Below, in pieces: positions 40,571 through 53,496 of a stretch of 64,000 nt of DNA. Position 1 is the first letter of the stretch. Every line of letters starts with the position of its first letter. The stretch spans positions 26,288,001 through 26,352,000 of the forward strand of contig OX597824.1 of assembly GCA_951406725.2 (NCBI GenBank), written 5' to 3'. A program made the position numbers and the translations under genes. This DNA comes from Octopus vulgaris. Its lineage: Eukaryota. The notes below the pieces were generated by a model that saw only the letters and a program-made list of their open reading frames with translations, searched no databases and was not told the DNA's origin.

Positions 40571-40988
40571 TCCCCTTCATATTTCATTTGTAATCCATAT
40601 CTCACTCTATCCACCACCCCTCTCATCTTCTTTGACACTCATCCACATGTCCCTCCCACCCCCTCTCTCTCTCTTGCTCCCCCTCTTTATCCTCTATCTC
40701 TTTTTCTCATCCTCTCTTACTTTCTCTTTCACTACCGCCGCCGCCGCCGCCACCACCACCACCGCCACCACCACCTCCAACCACCGCATTTCTATTAGCC
40801 CGCTAACAAGGAAAAAAAGATAAGGGCTGCTATCGCTATGTCGGATTTAAGAGAGATTCTGAAGATAGCCGGTGCCGTTCCGATAGCAGTGCTGGCTATC
40901 TTCACGTTGGATTTAATATCGTGTAAGATAGCAACTGACTTCTGTTCTCTGCTGAAATATCTCACCATCCTATGTGTGTGCGCATTAT

Positions 40989-41027
<39 letters not shown>

Positions 41028-41100
41028 CTTTTACATGTTTCAATCATTTGACTGCGCCCTTGCTATGTGTATACGTGCGTGTGTACACACACACACACAT

Positions 41101-41137
<37 letters not shown>

Positions 41138-41160
41138 CATGTATCCACACACATAAACGG

Positions 41161-41194
<34 letters not shown>

Positions 41195-41352
41195 ACGCAT
41201 ATATAGAAACTGAGATTTCATTCACATTCATAGCGATTCAAGTTGCTAACCGTGGCCTATAAATACAAAATTAGCTGACCGAATACATACATGTCTATAT
41301 ATATATATAACTGTATAATGATATATCATAATAGTATATATTCTCCGATTAT

Positions 41353-41664
41353 TGAGGCCCCTTTCGGTCATGACTGACCGTGGGATTACACCTAGAAAGT
41401 TACCCTCCCAAGCCCAAGACCGGGCAAGGTTCGTTTTGTGGAAGACCAGCAGTCGCCCATGCATACCGGCCTCCCCTCTCTACGCCACCAGTGTTATCCA
41501 AGGGAAAGGGAACGGCAGATACAGCTTGGTACCTGAGTGAACTGGAGCAACTGGAAATAAAGTGTCTTGCTCAAGAACACAACACGCAGTCCGGTCCAGG
41601 ATTCGAACTCGCAACCTCACGATCGTAAGTTCGACGCTGTAACCACTGAGCCATGCGCCTTCAC
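41353..41664 (-). mobile_element. tRNA-derived SINE family D with a 13-bp TSD
   Basis: Minus-strand head ggcgcatggctcagtggttacagcgtcgaac...gagttcgaatcctgg carries A and B boxes. TSD attctccgattat at 41340-41352 and 41665-41677. Confidence 0.88.
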
Positions 41665-42059
41665 ATTCTCCGATTATACAGTTATTATTATACTATGAAT
41701 CTTCATTAGAAGATTCTCTCCGCAACTTACAAAGCTTTTTGGTTCGTTTACAAATATACGTAATATTAGACATTTTAATTATATATTCATGAAATTTGGC
41801 TGAAATTGATGGGCGAGCATTTGATCCAGTCGGATGTGCAAGCGTGTTAGCGTTGATTTATGAGTTCGATTCTGGTTGGAGTTAGCTCATAATTTTTCGG
41901 CCATTTGTTTGTTTAAAAATTGTCGCTTCAAATCGGAGAATATATATTATTATGATATATTATTATACATACATTTATTATTATACCCTGAGTCCTCCAT
42001 AGTGGCTTTCTCTTTCCGTAACTTACAGAGCCTTTCTGGTTTGTTTACAAATATATGTA

Positions 42060-42120
<61 letters not shown>

Positions 42121-42122
<2 letters not shown>

Positions 42123-42644
42123 CAAAATAACTAACAGGATTTCAAGTAGTAATTAAGTACGATCGTTTCAAGCGACTCCGTTCAATATGGTAACCCCTGC
42201 CTGGTTAGTCTAGGCAGGGGTTACCATAGGGTAATAATGTATTCCTTCCTTTTATGAATTTCTACTCCATCAGTCAAATGATGTATACTTGTAATGTGTT
42301 CCATGCCACTCTATAAATAAATTGTAGTCTGCTCTCTTAGCTATTCCTGCTACAATAGCCACAACATGAATTTTTTCCATCTTCTTGCTCTGTTAAAATA
42401 TTTAAGAAAAATTATATTAATGTATCTTGTCTGTTGAAATTCCATATCTGTGCAGCTGAAGATAGAGCTGCATTTAAAATTGATGTAATCATTGCATTGT
42501 TCGGTTAAACGGAGCCGCTTGAAACGGTCGTACTGCATTAATACTTGAAATCCTGTTACTTATTTTGATTTTATTCACCCTACTTCACGCTGTGCAGATA
42601 ATACCGGACTGACTTGGTGCTTCAACTTAATATTTATTACTTAC

Positions 42645-42650
<6 letters not shown>
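42121..42650. mobile_element. PLE-type remnant with ~65-bp inverted repeats and an internal hairpin
   Basis: 42121-42185 is the inverse of 42505-42570 (contains GAAA-cgg-TC). Hairpin tatggtaacccctgcct/aggcaggggttaccata at 42186-42228. Confidence 0.5.
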
Positions 42651-42702
<52 letters not shown>

Positions 42703-42869
42703 TGAGATAGGGGTTGTAAATGCAACCCTCCATGGGATAACATATATCCAAAATACTGCTAGTGAAGTACCCAACAAAGTTAATACATAAATGTTAATGA
42801 TTGCGATGCAATCAATTCATTTACTGTATTATATGGGCAAAGGTAAAAGGATTTACCACAAATTACTAA

Positions 42870-43050
42870 TACAAGATAAGAAAATGGAGAAATACATCTA
42901 AATCAAATATCAATTACCAGATAATACTTAATCACATACTTTATTAAACCACCACATAAGAGACTGTAGGGTTAAATATAAAAAGCAGAACAAATCAGTG
43001 TACATAAAGGAACTTGATTTAGATGTATTTCTCCATTTTCTTATCTTGTA
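42870..43050. repeat. 37-bp perfect inverted repeat
   Basis: tacaagataagaaaatggagaaatacatctaaatcaa versus ttgatttagatgtatttctccattttcttatcttgta. Confidence 0.85.
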
Positions 43051-43064
43051 TATATATATATATA

Positions 43065-43320
43065 TATCTGTAAAACAATATGTGACAATTATTCAGTAGC
43101 CAAGATAAAACTCTGAGTTTCGGATGCCGAGGTGGAAATCCACATCACCATCTCTTCGGTTATCTGATCAGAGATGATGGTATGGATTTCCACCTCGGCA
43201 TCCGAAACTCAGAGTTTCATCTTGGCTACTGAATAATTGTCACATTATTTTACAGATAAATTCCTCTATTTACATAATATTGAGGTTTCTTTCTTTTGTT
43301 ATCTTACCGTTTTTACCAAT
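43065..43320. mobile_element. PLE-type inverted pLTR: palindrome with ~90-bp arms and a hammerhead on the minus strand
   Basis: Arms at 43065-43154 and 43170-43258. Minus-strand 43164->43104 reads gataa-CCGAAGA-gatg...catc-c-GAAA-ctcagag-TT-ttatc. Confidence 0.7.
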
Positions 43321-43615
43321 ATATATATATATACGAGGACATTTTCGATGCTTGGGGACGGTAAAGTAATCAGGGCCAGTTTGTGTGGGTTTCCTCAAAT
43401 TACTCTTGGTCGTCTGCCTCCCTATTGAGAATTTTATCCGTTCATTTTACTGAAGTGTATTGTTATATCTTTTGTTATATCCTTATTGTTGCTGTTTCCT
43501 TTCTTACCGAAGTAAACTCCATCTTGTGTGTTGTATTCCGTCTTTTGATACTGTTTTCAATGTCCTGGGACTTATAACCAATAAAACAAATAACCATCAT
43601 CATTGTCATTGTTAC

Positions 43616-43676
<61 letters not shown>

Positions 43677-43692
43677 GTTGTTGTTGTTGTTG

Positions 43693-43880
43693 GATGGTGA
43701 ATTGGTAGAAAGGCTATCCCGTCTGACAAAATGTTTAGCGGCATTGCGTCTGTCTTTGCGTTCTGAGTTAAAATGCCACCGAAGTCGATTTTGCCTTCCT
43801 TCCTTTCGTGGCCAGTAACATATGTACCATTCAAATACTGGGGTCGAAAAATTTCAGGCCTCATGCTTATAGTAGAAGGA
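43693..43880 (+). mobile_element. SINE family C, old
   Basis: Diverged match. Confidence 0.7.
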
Positions 43881-43884
43881 TTAT

Positions 43885-44860
43885 TATTATTCGATTTGAT
43901 TCAGGTTTGTTCTTATTCCTGTTCGAATATAAGTGGGTCGTGGGTAACCACCTGTAACCTTTGGTATCCACAAGCTTTCATTAAACTTTCAAGTGTACAA
44001 AAACCTTTTCGATAATCTTTCCCGACCCTAAGAGGCAAACTTATATAGAAGCTCTACAGGACATTCCATTCCAACCTTTCAACCATTCGTCTATTTCATT
44101 ACTTACAGTTCATAATGCACCTATTATTATAGGCGCAACCTTTACAGTTTTCATATTCCAAATCCTTGAAATTTCATATTTTAAGGGATTGTATTTTCTA
44201 AATTTATATTCGTCTTTACGATCCTGGAATCAAACGGACACGATGGACCAATTAGTAAGCAACTTTGCTTTTGTTTGTTTATTATTGCTATGTCTGGTTT
44301 ATTATTTTCTAGTTTGACTACGACAATCCCATGAAATCTTGCATTTCTCCAACCCAAGCATGCTTTTCATCCGATGATCATACCAACTACTTCCAGCTTC
44401 AAATCCCCATTTCTGACAAAGCTTCCAGTGCAAAGCTTTCACAACTTGCTCATGCCCCCATTTCTTATACTCTTCGTGAGCCAACTTGGAGCATTCTCCA
44501 ACAATGTTTGCCATTGTTTCATCCCAAATTCCACACACTATACTTTGCAATTACCTTCTCTCTGTGCACATATTTTCTCAAATTAACTGCTTTTAACATT
44601 TGATCTTGAGCTGCTATAATAAAACTCTCTGTTTCTGTTTTCAATTGCCCTTTTTTTCAACAAAGCTCATGTTTTTGTTCCTCATTCAGCCTCAGCAGTT
44701 TTCCAAAATTGATCATGCAAAGGTTTCTCTTCAGTCTGTTTAACATGCTCCTTTTGAATTTCATGTCCTTTTCTCCTATTCCACACTTGGCCACCTGTTC
44801 TTTATTTGTTTTTTTGCTTGTTCCTTCTCGATACATGCTGCTCTAACCACTAGGCCTTGT
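43885..44860 (-). pseudogene. R4/Dong-like RLE LINE 3' fragment
   Basis: LKTETESFIIAAQDQ and ETMANIVGECSKLA..Y..WGHEQVVKALHWKLC..WYDH..ISWD. 3' end abuts (AAT)n. Confidence 0.8.
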
Positions 44861-44869
44861 GCCTCCAAG

Positions 44870-44894
<25 letters not shown>

Positions 44895-44900
<6 letters not shown>

Positions 44901-45140
44901 AGAATTCACGAAAAAAAAAACAAACAAACAAGAGACGAAGACATGTAGTGTAGAAGACAAACAGATGTATTAGTATAACGCTCAGGAATTGAAAAAGTCT
45001 TTTACGTTTCGAGCCTACGCTCTTCTACTGAAAGGGACACAGAAAAAAAACAAGGAGAGAAAAAAATGCGTGTAGTGGCTACCGATCTATTATGGCGACT
45101 GCCGGACAGAAGGGTCACACAGGAGAGCGAAGAAGTACAT
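44895..45140 (-). mobile_element. PLE-type pLTR fragment with a degenerate hammerhead
   Basis: Minus-strand 45034->44999 reads cttt-CAGTAGA-a-gagc(gtag)gctc-GAAA-cg-TA-aaag. Downstream tcctgagcgt is shared with the 19515 element. Confidence 0.55.
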
Positions 45141-45149
45141 GTTTGTTTG

Positions 45150-45151
45150 TT

Positions 45152-45198
<47 letters not shown>

Positions 45199-45430
45199 AC
45201 GTGGGTGTGCGTGTGTGTTTGTACTTATGTTTGTCCCTTCCCGCTTGAGAAGCAGCGTTGGAGTGTTTATGCTCCCGTAACCTAGCAGTTCAGCAACAAA
45301 GACCGGTAAAATAGGAACCATATTGAAAACAACAACAAACAAAAAACGTATTAGGCGTCAATTCATTCGATTTAAATTTCTTCAAGGCGGTGCCCCAGCA
45401 TGGCCGCAGTCTAGAGATTGAAACAGTAGA
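45150..45430 (+). mobile_element. SINE family A 3' half, diverged
   Basis: ggcggtgccccagcatggccgcagtc..gattgaaacagta tail. Confidence 0.75.
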
Positions 45431-45854
45431 ACATAAATATATAAATATATATATATATACGTATGTGTGTGTAAATGTTTATCAATGTCTGTGTATAAGT
45501 GAAAGTAAATATAAATGTATGTACGTGTGTAACGTGTGTAGTGGTGGGGTAGAGGGAAGAAGCGAAAGTGAATGAGTGATCGAGTGAGTGAATGCTTGAG
45601 TGAGTGAGTGTGTTTGTGAGTGATCGTGTGCCAATCACTCTGCTACACAGAACATTTGGGTATTTATCACAACCAATGTCTACTTCGACATTTGACCTGG
45701 CCGTAGCCTAAGATTAACAAGACAATCCGTAAAACAGATGGACCACACGTACGGATATTGCTGGATATGTGCGAACACTCACACACGCACAGTGCACAGA
45801 CTCTCCTATCTAAACGAATATTAACACAGATGCATATACACATGTTTGCAAACG

Positions 45855-45887
<33 letters not shown>

Positions 45888-45894
45888 TCATGCA

Positions 45895-45956
<62 letters not shown>

Positions 45957-45995
45957 AATATATATACATACATATATATATATACATACATACAT

Positions 45996-46090
<95 letters not shown>

Positions 46091-46235
46091 TATGCATGTT
46101 TATATACATACACACGGACATGTACACGTATACATAGGTATATTCATGTACTATATTCGTACATAAACATACATAAACATATTTACGTATCATTTATTTT
46201 CGCATATATCACTGCATTTATATATACATGTATGC

Positions 46236-46356
<121 letters not shown>

Positions 46357-47476
46357 GTATATGTATATATATATATATATGTATATATATGTATATATAT
46401 ATATATACACATACATATATGTGTGTGTTTGTATATGTATATATGTGTGCGTTTATATGTATATATATATATATGCATGTATATATATATGCCTCACTTA
46501 CATGAACATAGAAAGGAACAGAAAAAGAGAAGGAGAGAGAGAGGAGGGGTGAAAGAAAGGAAGAAAGAGAGACAGAAAGAAAGAAAGAAAGGAAAGAAGG
46601 AGGAAGGAAGGCAGGAAGAAAGGAAGAAAGCAAAAGATAGACGGTTTGGAATGAAAAATCGAAGAAAATGACAAGAAAGCGTAGAAAAAGAAGAGAAAGC
46701 GGAAACGAAGGAGAGTAAAGAAGGAGAGAGATGAATGAGAATAGGAAAGAGAATTGTAAAGACAAAGAGAGACAGAATAGAACAGAAGCAGAGATATAAG
46801 AGAGAGAGGAAGAGAAGTAATACAGAGAAAAGTAAACTGATATGAAATTAAGGGTTAGAAAGAAAATGGCGTATCATTTGTTGTTAGAGTGTTTGTTTAT
46901 TGTCAGTGATGATGAAGATCGGGTTGTTGAGGCATGAAATGACTTGACCGCAACTCTGGGCCGCTTATCTCCTATCGGACAAGAAACATACTACACAAGT
47001 GGTCAAGCTATTTATTTTTCTGACCAGGAATGAATATGCCACGATGACGAGCGTAGTTGGTTGGGGGGGGGGGGAGAAACGGAGGAAAAAGACAGCGAAG
47101 AAGGAAAAGACAGCGTAGAGGAAGAAGAGGGAACTAGTGGAGAAAGAGAGAGGGATGATCCAGTGGTCATTTTAATTGAAGAGTTAGAATTTCCAGCGTC
47201 CACTGACCCCCCCCCACACTTTTATCCGCCACATACACGTAACAGACACAGGCACGCAGTGTTTCCTTTGCTTATACCCAACGCCCCATCTCCCATGCAT
47301 GCTTTGAAAACGGAGGCCACACAAAACAAGCAACATAAGGACGAACGCAGATAAGGTTTTTTTCGTTTCGCTCTTGTATAATACGGTGCGCTTTGTCACC
47401 GTCTCTGTGATGCCTGCTGTTGTGGTTGTTTGGTTGTTGTTTTAATTACTGCAGTCTGTAGTTGTTGTAGAAGTTG

Positions 47477-47512
<36 letters not shown>

Positions 47513-47606
47513 CTTTACTACCCACAAGGGGCTAAACACAGAGGGGACAAACAAGGATAGACAAAGAATATATATATATATGTGTGTGTGTGTGTGCGTC
47601 TGTGTG

Positions 47607-47648
<42 letters not shown>

Positions 47649-47952
47649 TATGAATATATTTATATGTATATATATGTATATATATATATATATATATGCA
47701 TATATACGTGCACTCATACATCCATACGAACGCACCATGCAGACGCACACACGCACACTCAGACACATACATACACACACACACACACAAACAAATATAT
47801 ATACATATATATAAAGGCATGCGCACATACATACACATATATATATGTATACATATATACGTGTATAGATATATATAAACAGTTTTTAATTGCATTACTT
47901 TCGTGTTAGTTTTCGTATACAGAAAAATAAAACAAAACATAATGTAAATAAA

Positions 47953-48817
47953 TATTCTTTTCTACTCTAGGCACAAGGCCCGAAATTTTTAGGGAGGGGA
48001 CAAGTCGATTAGATCGACCCCAGTACGCAACTGGTACTTGATTTATCGATCCCGAAAGGATGAAATGCAAAGCCGAACTCGCCGCCTTTTAAAATATTCT
48101 TTTCTACTCTTGGCACAAGGTCCGAAACTTTTGGGAATGGGGCCAGTCGATTAGATCGACCTCAGTACGCAACTGGTACTTAATTTATCGATCCCGAAAG
48201 GATGAAAGGCAAAAGTTGACCTCGATAGAATTTGAACTCAGAACGTAAAGACAGACGAAATACCTATTTCTTTACTACCCACAAGGGGCTAAACACAGAG
48301 AGGACAAACAAGGACAGATAAACGTATTAAGTCGATTAAATCGACCCCAGTGCGTAACTGGTACTTAATTTATCGACCCTGAAAGGATGAAAAGCAAACT
48401 CGACCTCGGCGGAATTTGAACTCAGAACGTAGCGGCAGATGAAATACTGCTCAGTATTTCGCCCGGTGTGCTAACGGTTCTGCCGGCTCGTCGTCTTTAA
48501 AATATATTCTTTTCTACACTAAGCAGGAGGCACAGTCGACCTCGGCAGAGTTTGAACTCAGAACATAAAGACAGACTAAATACCTATTTCTTTACTACCC
48601 ACAAGGGGCTAAACACAGAGAGGACAAAGAAGGACAAACAAACGGATTAAGTCGATTATATCGACCCCAGTGCGTAACTGGTACTTATTTTATCGACCCT
48701 GAAAGGATGAAAGGCAAAGTCGACCTCGGCGGAATTTGAACTCAGAACGTAACGGCAGACGAAATACGGCTACGTATTTCGCCTGGCGTGCTAACGGTTC
48801 TGCCAGCTTGCCGCCTT
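47953..48817 (-). mobile_element. Tandem array of about 5 SINE C units mixing both tail variants
   Basis: Repeated gtcgatta.atcgaccccagt.cg.aactggtact blocks; heads at about 48817, 48497 and 48088. Confidence 0.88.
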
Positions 48818-49244
48818 AAAATGCAAAATAATATTGCATTACTTTCTGATCCACCCTCGAATGTTATCACACGCACGCGCGCGCGCGCAAAGCACACGCA
48901 TACACATTCACATGCATATGCTTTTTTTAAAGGTTTCTTGGAAAAACCCTCGTAGTGTTATGGACAGACACACCGACAGACAGGCAAACATAAATAAATC
49001 AGAGATGAAGTGAGGTGTCTAAAAATAATCAATTCTGACATAAACCAAAGCCTAATCGATTATTAGAACTTGATTTGCATTTGTTTTTCAGTGATCCTGG
49101 AAAATATGCGAATATTCGATCGTGTAAAGAAATAGAACATTGATGTATACACCCGTGTGTCTGTGTGCGCGTGTATGTGTGTGTACGTGAGTTTATGTGT
49201 GTGTGTGTGTGTGTGTGCGCGTATGTGTGTGTGTGTGCGCGTTT

Positions 49245-49420
49245 GTTTCTCACACCACTTGACACCTGATGCTGTAACAAGTGGTTCGGCAAAAGAGATC
49301 GATAGATTAAGTACCTGACTTAAAAAACAAGTACTGGAGTCGATTTGATTGGCTAAATCATGCAAGGTGGTGCCCTGCATGACCGCAGTTCCAGTGACCG
49401 AAACAAGTAAAAGAAAAGCT
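49245..49420 (+). mobile_element. SINE family A 3' half, diverged
   Basis: Tail motif match. Confidence 0.7.
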
Positions 49421-49670
49421 TAAAAAATAAATCAGACACGTGTCCCGATTGCTTCCAACAGAGTCAACTCCGTAAAACGTATCCAAGAACCCAGGTGGTA
49501 CTTCTGACTTTGGCGTGATCTGAACTCTGAAGGCAAAGACCTGGAACAAATACCTCCAAACAGTTTCATTCACACTTTGGTATTTCTGTCTTACTTTGGA
49601 CTGGTGCTTCCCTCTGTCGACTCTGCAAAGTTTAAAATCAAAAGTGACCGTGGCAAAATTTGAACTCAAC

Positions 49671-50045
49671 TTAAGATCTGAGTTCAAATTCCGCCGAGGA
49701 CGAATTTGCCTTTCATCTGTTGGGGTCAATAAAATAGGTACCAGTTGAGCACTGGTATTGTACGACGAACCAATGATTCTGCGAGCTCACTGCCACAATA
49801 ACGGTAATAAAGGCGGCGAGCTGGCAGAAACGTTAGCACGCCGGGCAAATGCTTAGTGGTATTTCGTCTGCCGTTACGTTGTGAGTTCAAATTCCGCCGA
49901 GGTCGACTTTGCCTTTCATCCTTTCGAGGTCGATAAACTAAGTACCAGTTACGCACTGGGGTCGTTGTAATCGACTTAATACCTATGTCTGTCCTTGTTT
50001 GTCCCCTCTGTGTTTAGCCCCTTGTGGGTAATAAAGAAATAGGTA
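49671..50045 (+). mobile_element. SINE C fragment plus a young full copy (49812-50045)
   Basis: Family match. Confidence 0.88.
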
Positions 50046-50842
50046 ATAATGGCTTCTGATTTAGGTGCAAGGTCAGCAATCCAAAAAGGAGTGGGGATCA
50101 GTCGATTACATCTATCCTAGCACTTGACTGCTACTTTATTCTATCAACTCTCAAAAGATAATTTGATCCCAGAGCGCGGGGAGCCGGAAAATTGTTGCAA
50201 GAAATTTTTTGTCTTACGTTCTAACGACTTTGCCAATCCGTCGCACAGAAGCGTTGCAGTGGCTATAGTAGATTGTGGTGGTGATGGTAGTCCCATGACA
50301 TGGTATTGTATTGGTAGTAGTACTCCTATGGTGTGGTGATAAGAGTGTGTGTAGGTGTGAGCAGTAGTGGTTAACCATGATAATGATGATGGTGATGTTA
50401 CCGACGATGGTTGCGATAGTGGTATGGTGGTTGTGGTGGTGGTTGTAGTAGGAGATGTGTTAGAGTTGTTGTTGTTGTTGGTGGTGGTGGTGGTGGTAGT
50501 GGTAGTAGTCGTAATGACCGAGTAAGATAAATGGTGTTCGGTTCGTATCATAAAATGAAAAATGAGATAAACTTTAATGCTATATTTCATAAATCTTATT
50601 GATATCTTACACATGTACACACACTAGCTTTAACATCCACACGTATACAAACTCAATAATGGTATATGCATTCTATAGATTCTACGCACGCAAGCACGTA
50701 CACACACGCACACTCACACACACACATACACGCACGCACACGCGCGCACATACTCAAGCGCATACACATACATAGGCATGTTATAAGCGCTAAAGAAACA
50801 CACAACACGCACAAACGTATATAAACACACATATACACATTA

Positions 50843-51050
50843 GTTCTACTATAGGCACAAGGTCTGAAATTTTGGGGGAGAGGGCTAGACGACTACATCA
50901 ATACCAGTGCTATTGACCCCAACAGATGAAAGGCAAATTCGTCCTCAGCGGAATTTGAACTCAGATCTTAAAGTCAGAATTTGAACTCAAATTGTTAATG
51001 TGCCGTACAAATACTTTTACGGCACGGTAACGATTCTGTCATCCCGTCAG
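50843..51050 (-). mobile_element. SINE family C tail variant, diverged
   Basis: Family match. Confidence 0.75.
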
Positions 51051-51298
51051 TAAGATAGTGGTATATGCTCAGAAAGAGGGAGGGTAGGGGAGACATAAAC
51101 CATTTTATTATCAGTTAAAAGGGGCCTAAATTAGAAAACAAAAGAGGACACAATGAGATCTAAACGGGCATTTAGGGTACAGGGGGAAGAAAGTAAACCC
51201 AAAATTTGCAAAATTTATGTATTATTATATTTTGCATAATAAAAAGTAAAATTTTAAAATTTAGAAAGAGATCTAAGGACCAAGTAAGGGGAGAAGGA

Positions 51299-51739
51299 GG
51301 ATCTTTACGGTTTGAACGGCAGTTTTTAACATAATTTCTAGGTAACGAAAAAATTTTAAACTTCGTATACTGGTAGAATGTTTTTATAAAACATCTTTTT
51401 CTCTTGGCTTTATTGAGAAAATTCTATAATTTGTAAGATATTTGTTGTTTTTTTTTCTTCAATTTCAGTAATTTGAACCAATCATTGACGTCTATTGAGG
51501 TAAACAACATTCTGTGCCGTATGAATATGTCCTCGTTTAAGAAACAGATTGGGTTTATTTACATTTGTGAAGAAAAAGATTCCCTTCCCCCCACCCTAAT
51601 CCTAACCCTAACCCTAGCCCTAACCCTAACCCTAACTAATCCTAACTAACCCTAACTCTAACCCTAACCCTAAAATAGATTGAAATGCAATAGATCGATA
51701 CTAGGGTCATAATTATGGGTGACAATTTCATATGACACC
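51299..51739 (-). mobile_element. Second copy of the Merlin-like MITE, with a perfect 8-bp TSD and an expanded (CCCTAA)n tract
   Basis: Reverse complement of about 15820-16203. TSD gagaagga at 51291-51298 and 51740-51747. Telomere-like tract at 51594-51673. Confidence 0.85.
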
Positions 51740-52040
51740 GAGAAGGATATATAAACCATACATTTCTACATGCATAAATACATACATACATACATACATA
51801 CATACATACATACATACATACATGCATACATACATACATACATAAATACATACATAGATACATACATAAATACACACGTACATATATGTATGTATTTAAA
51901 AAGGTTTTGCAAAGAATTTTTGAGGCTGTCCCAATATGTGAAGAAAGATTGAGTTTAGTGCTTTCACTATTTACAGGTTTTCAAACACACTTCTATTTGT
52001 GTGTATGTGAGTGTGTGTGTGCCTACACACATGCATGTTA

Positions 52041-52074
<34 letters not shown>

Positions 52075-52137
52075 ATGCGTGTGCGTGCTTATTAACATCT
52101 GTTCGTATACATATCTACATACCTTCCTACTTTTGCT

Positions 52138-52184
<47 letters not shown>

Positions 52185-52326
52185 CGAGAATTTGTTTTTT
52201 AAAATGCACCTGAATTTGAGAAGCTTGTAGTTGTTTTTAAATAAATTTACTTAAAAACAAGTTTTCCAAATTCGAGTGCTTTCCAAATTCTATACTTTTT
52301 CCTGCGTGGAAGTACACCTCTTCTTG

Positions 52327-52378
<52 letters not shown>

Positions 52379-52466
52379 TTACAACAATTAGTGGCTTGAA
52401 GTTTTTAACTGCTCTTTCTAGCGAGTCAGATATCCTATTCTTTGGGTATCTCTTTTATGTTTGAAT

Positions 52467-52506
<40 letters not shown>

Positions 52507-52742
52507 TGTGTGTGTGTGTGTGTATGTAAGAGAAAAAATAATATTTGCCTCTTTTTATGGAGACAAAAGGGTTTATAGGGCTGCAAAAAAGAAATGCTGA
52601 GATGAAATTGAGACAGAGACAAAAAACATTGATTAGTGAACCAACGTCAAATTCGGGTCAACGCTTCCATATATTTCATCATTTATAAACATTACCATGA
52701 CCTTCAACATATCAAAGGAATACGTATATTTTGTATTTTTAT

Positions 52743-53124
52743 GTGCAATGGCCCAGTGGTTAGGGCAGCGGACTCGCGGTCGTAGGATCGCGGTTTCGAT
52801 TCCCAGACCGGGCGTTGTGAGTGTTTATTGAGCGAAAACACCTAAAGCTCCACGAGGCTCCGGCAGGGGATGGTGGTGATCCCTGCTGTACTCTTTAATC
52901 ACAATTTTCTCTCACTCTTACTTCCTGTTTCTGTTGTACCTGTATTTCAAAGGGCCGGCCTTGTCACTCTCTGTGTCACGCTGAATATCCCCGAGAACTA
53001 CGTTAAGGGTACACGTGTCTGTGGAGTGCTCAGCCACTTACACGTTAATTTCACGAGCAGGCTGTTCCGTTGATTCGGATCAACCGGAACCCTCGTCGTC
53101 GTAACCGACGGAGTGCTTCCACCA
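52743..53124 (+). mobile_element. SINE family B, full length
   Basis: Near-consensus. Confidence 0.92.
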
Positions 53125-53232
53125 TATATTTTTTACCTTCTGTGCTTTCACATATATATTCTTTTCATATGCGGGAAGGCCATGGTAATTTTTTATATAT
53201 GACGAAATGTATGAATGTACGGGAGCGCGGTG

Positions 53233-53303
<71 letters not shown>

Positions 53304-53496
53304 TGTATGTATGTATGTATGTATGTATGTATATATATAAGTTCAGTAAAATTTAGATTCAGTTGAATATGGTACTTAGTTAAAGGCACCAGAATTTAGT
53401 ATGGTATTATCCATATAATTCAAAATGGGGTGATTACACTCAAAATAAGCAACAAGGATGTATTATTCTGATAGAATAAATTTCACTGAAAATTTA

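Noticed and set aside
46900-47025. GTGATGA...CTGA as a C/D box snoRNA
   Set aside because: No terminal stem and no evident antisense element
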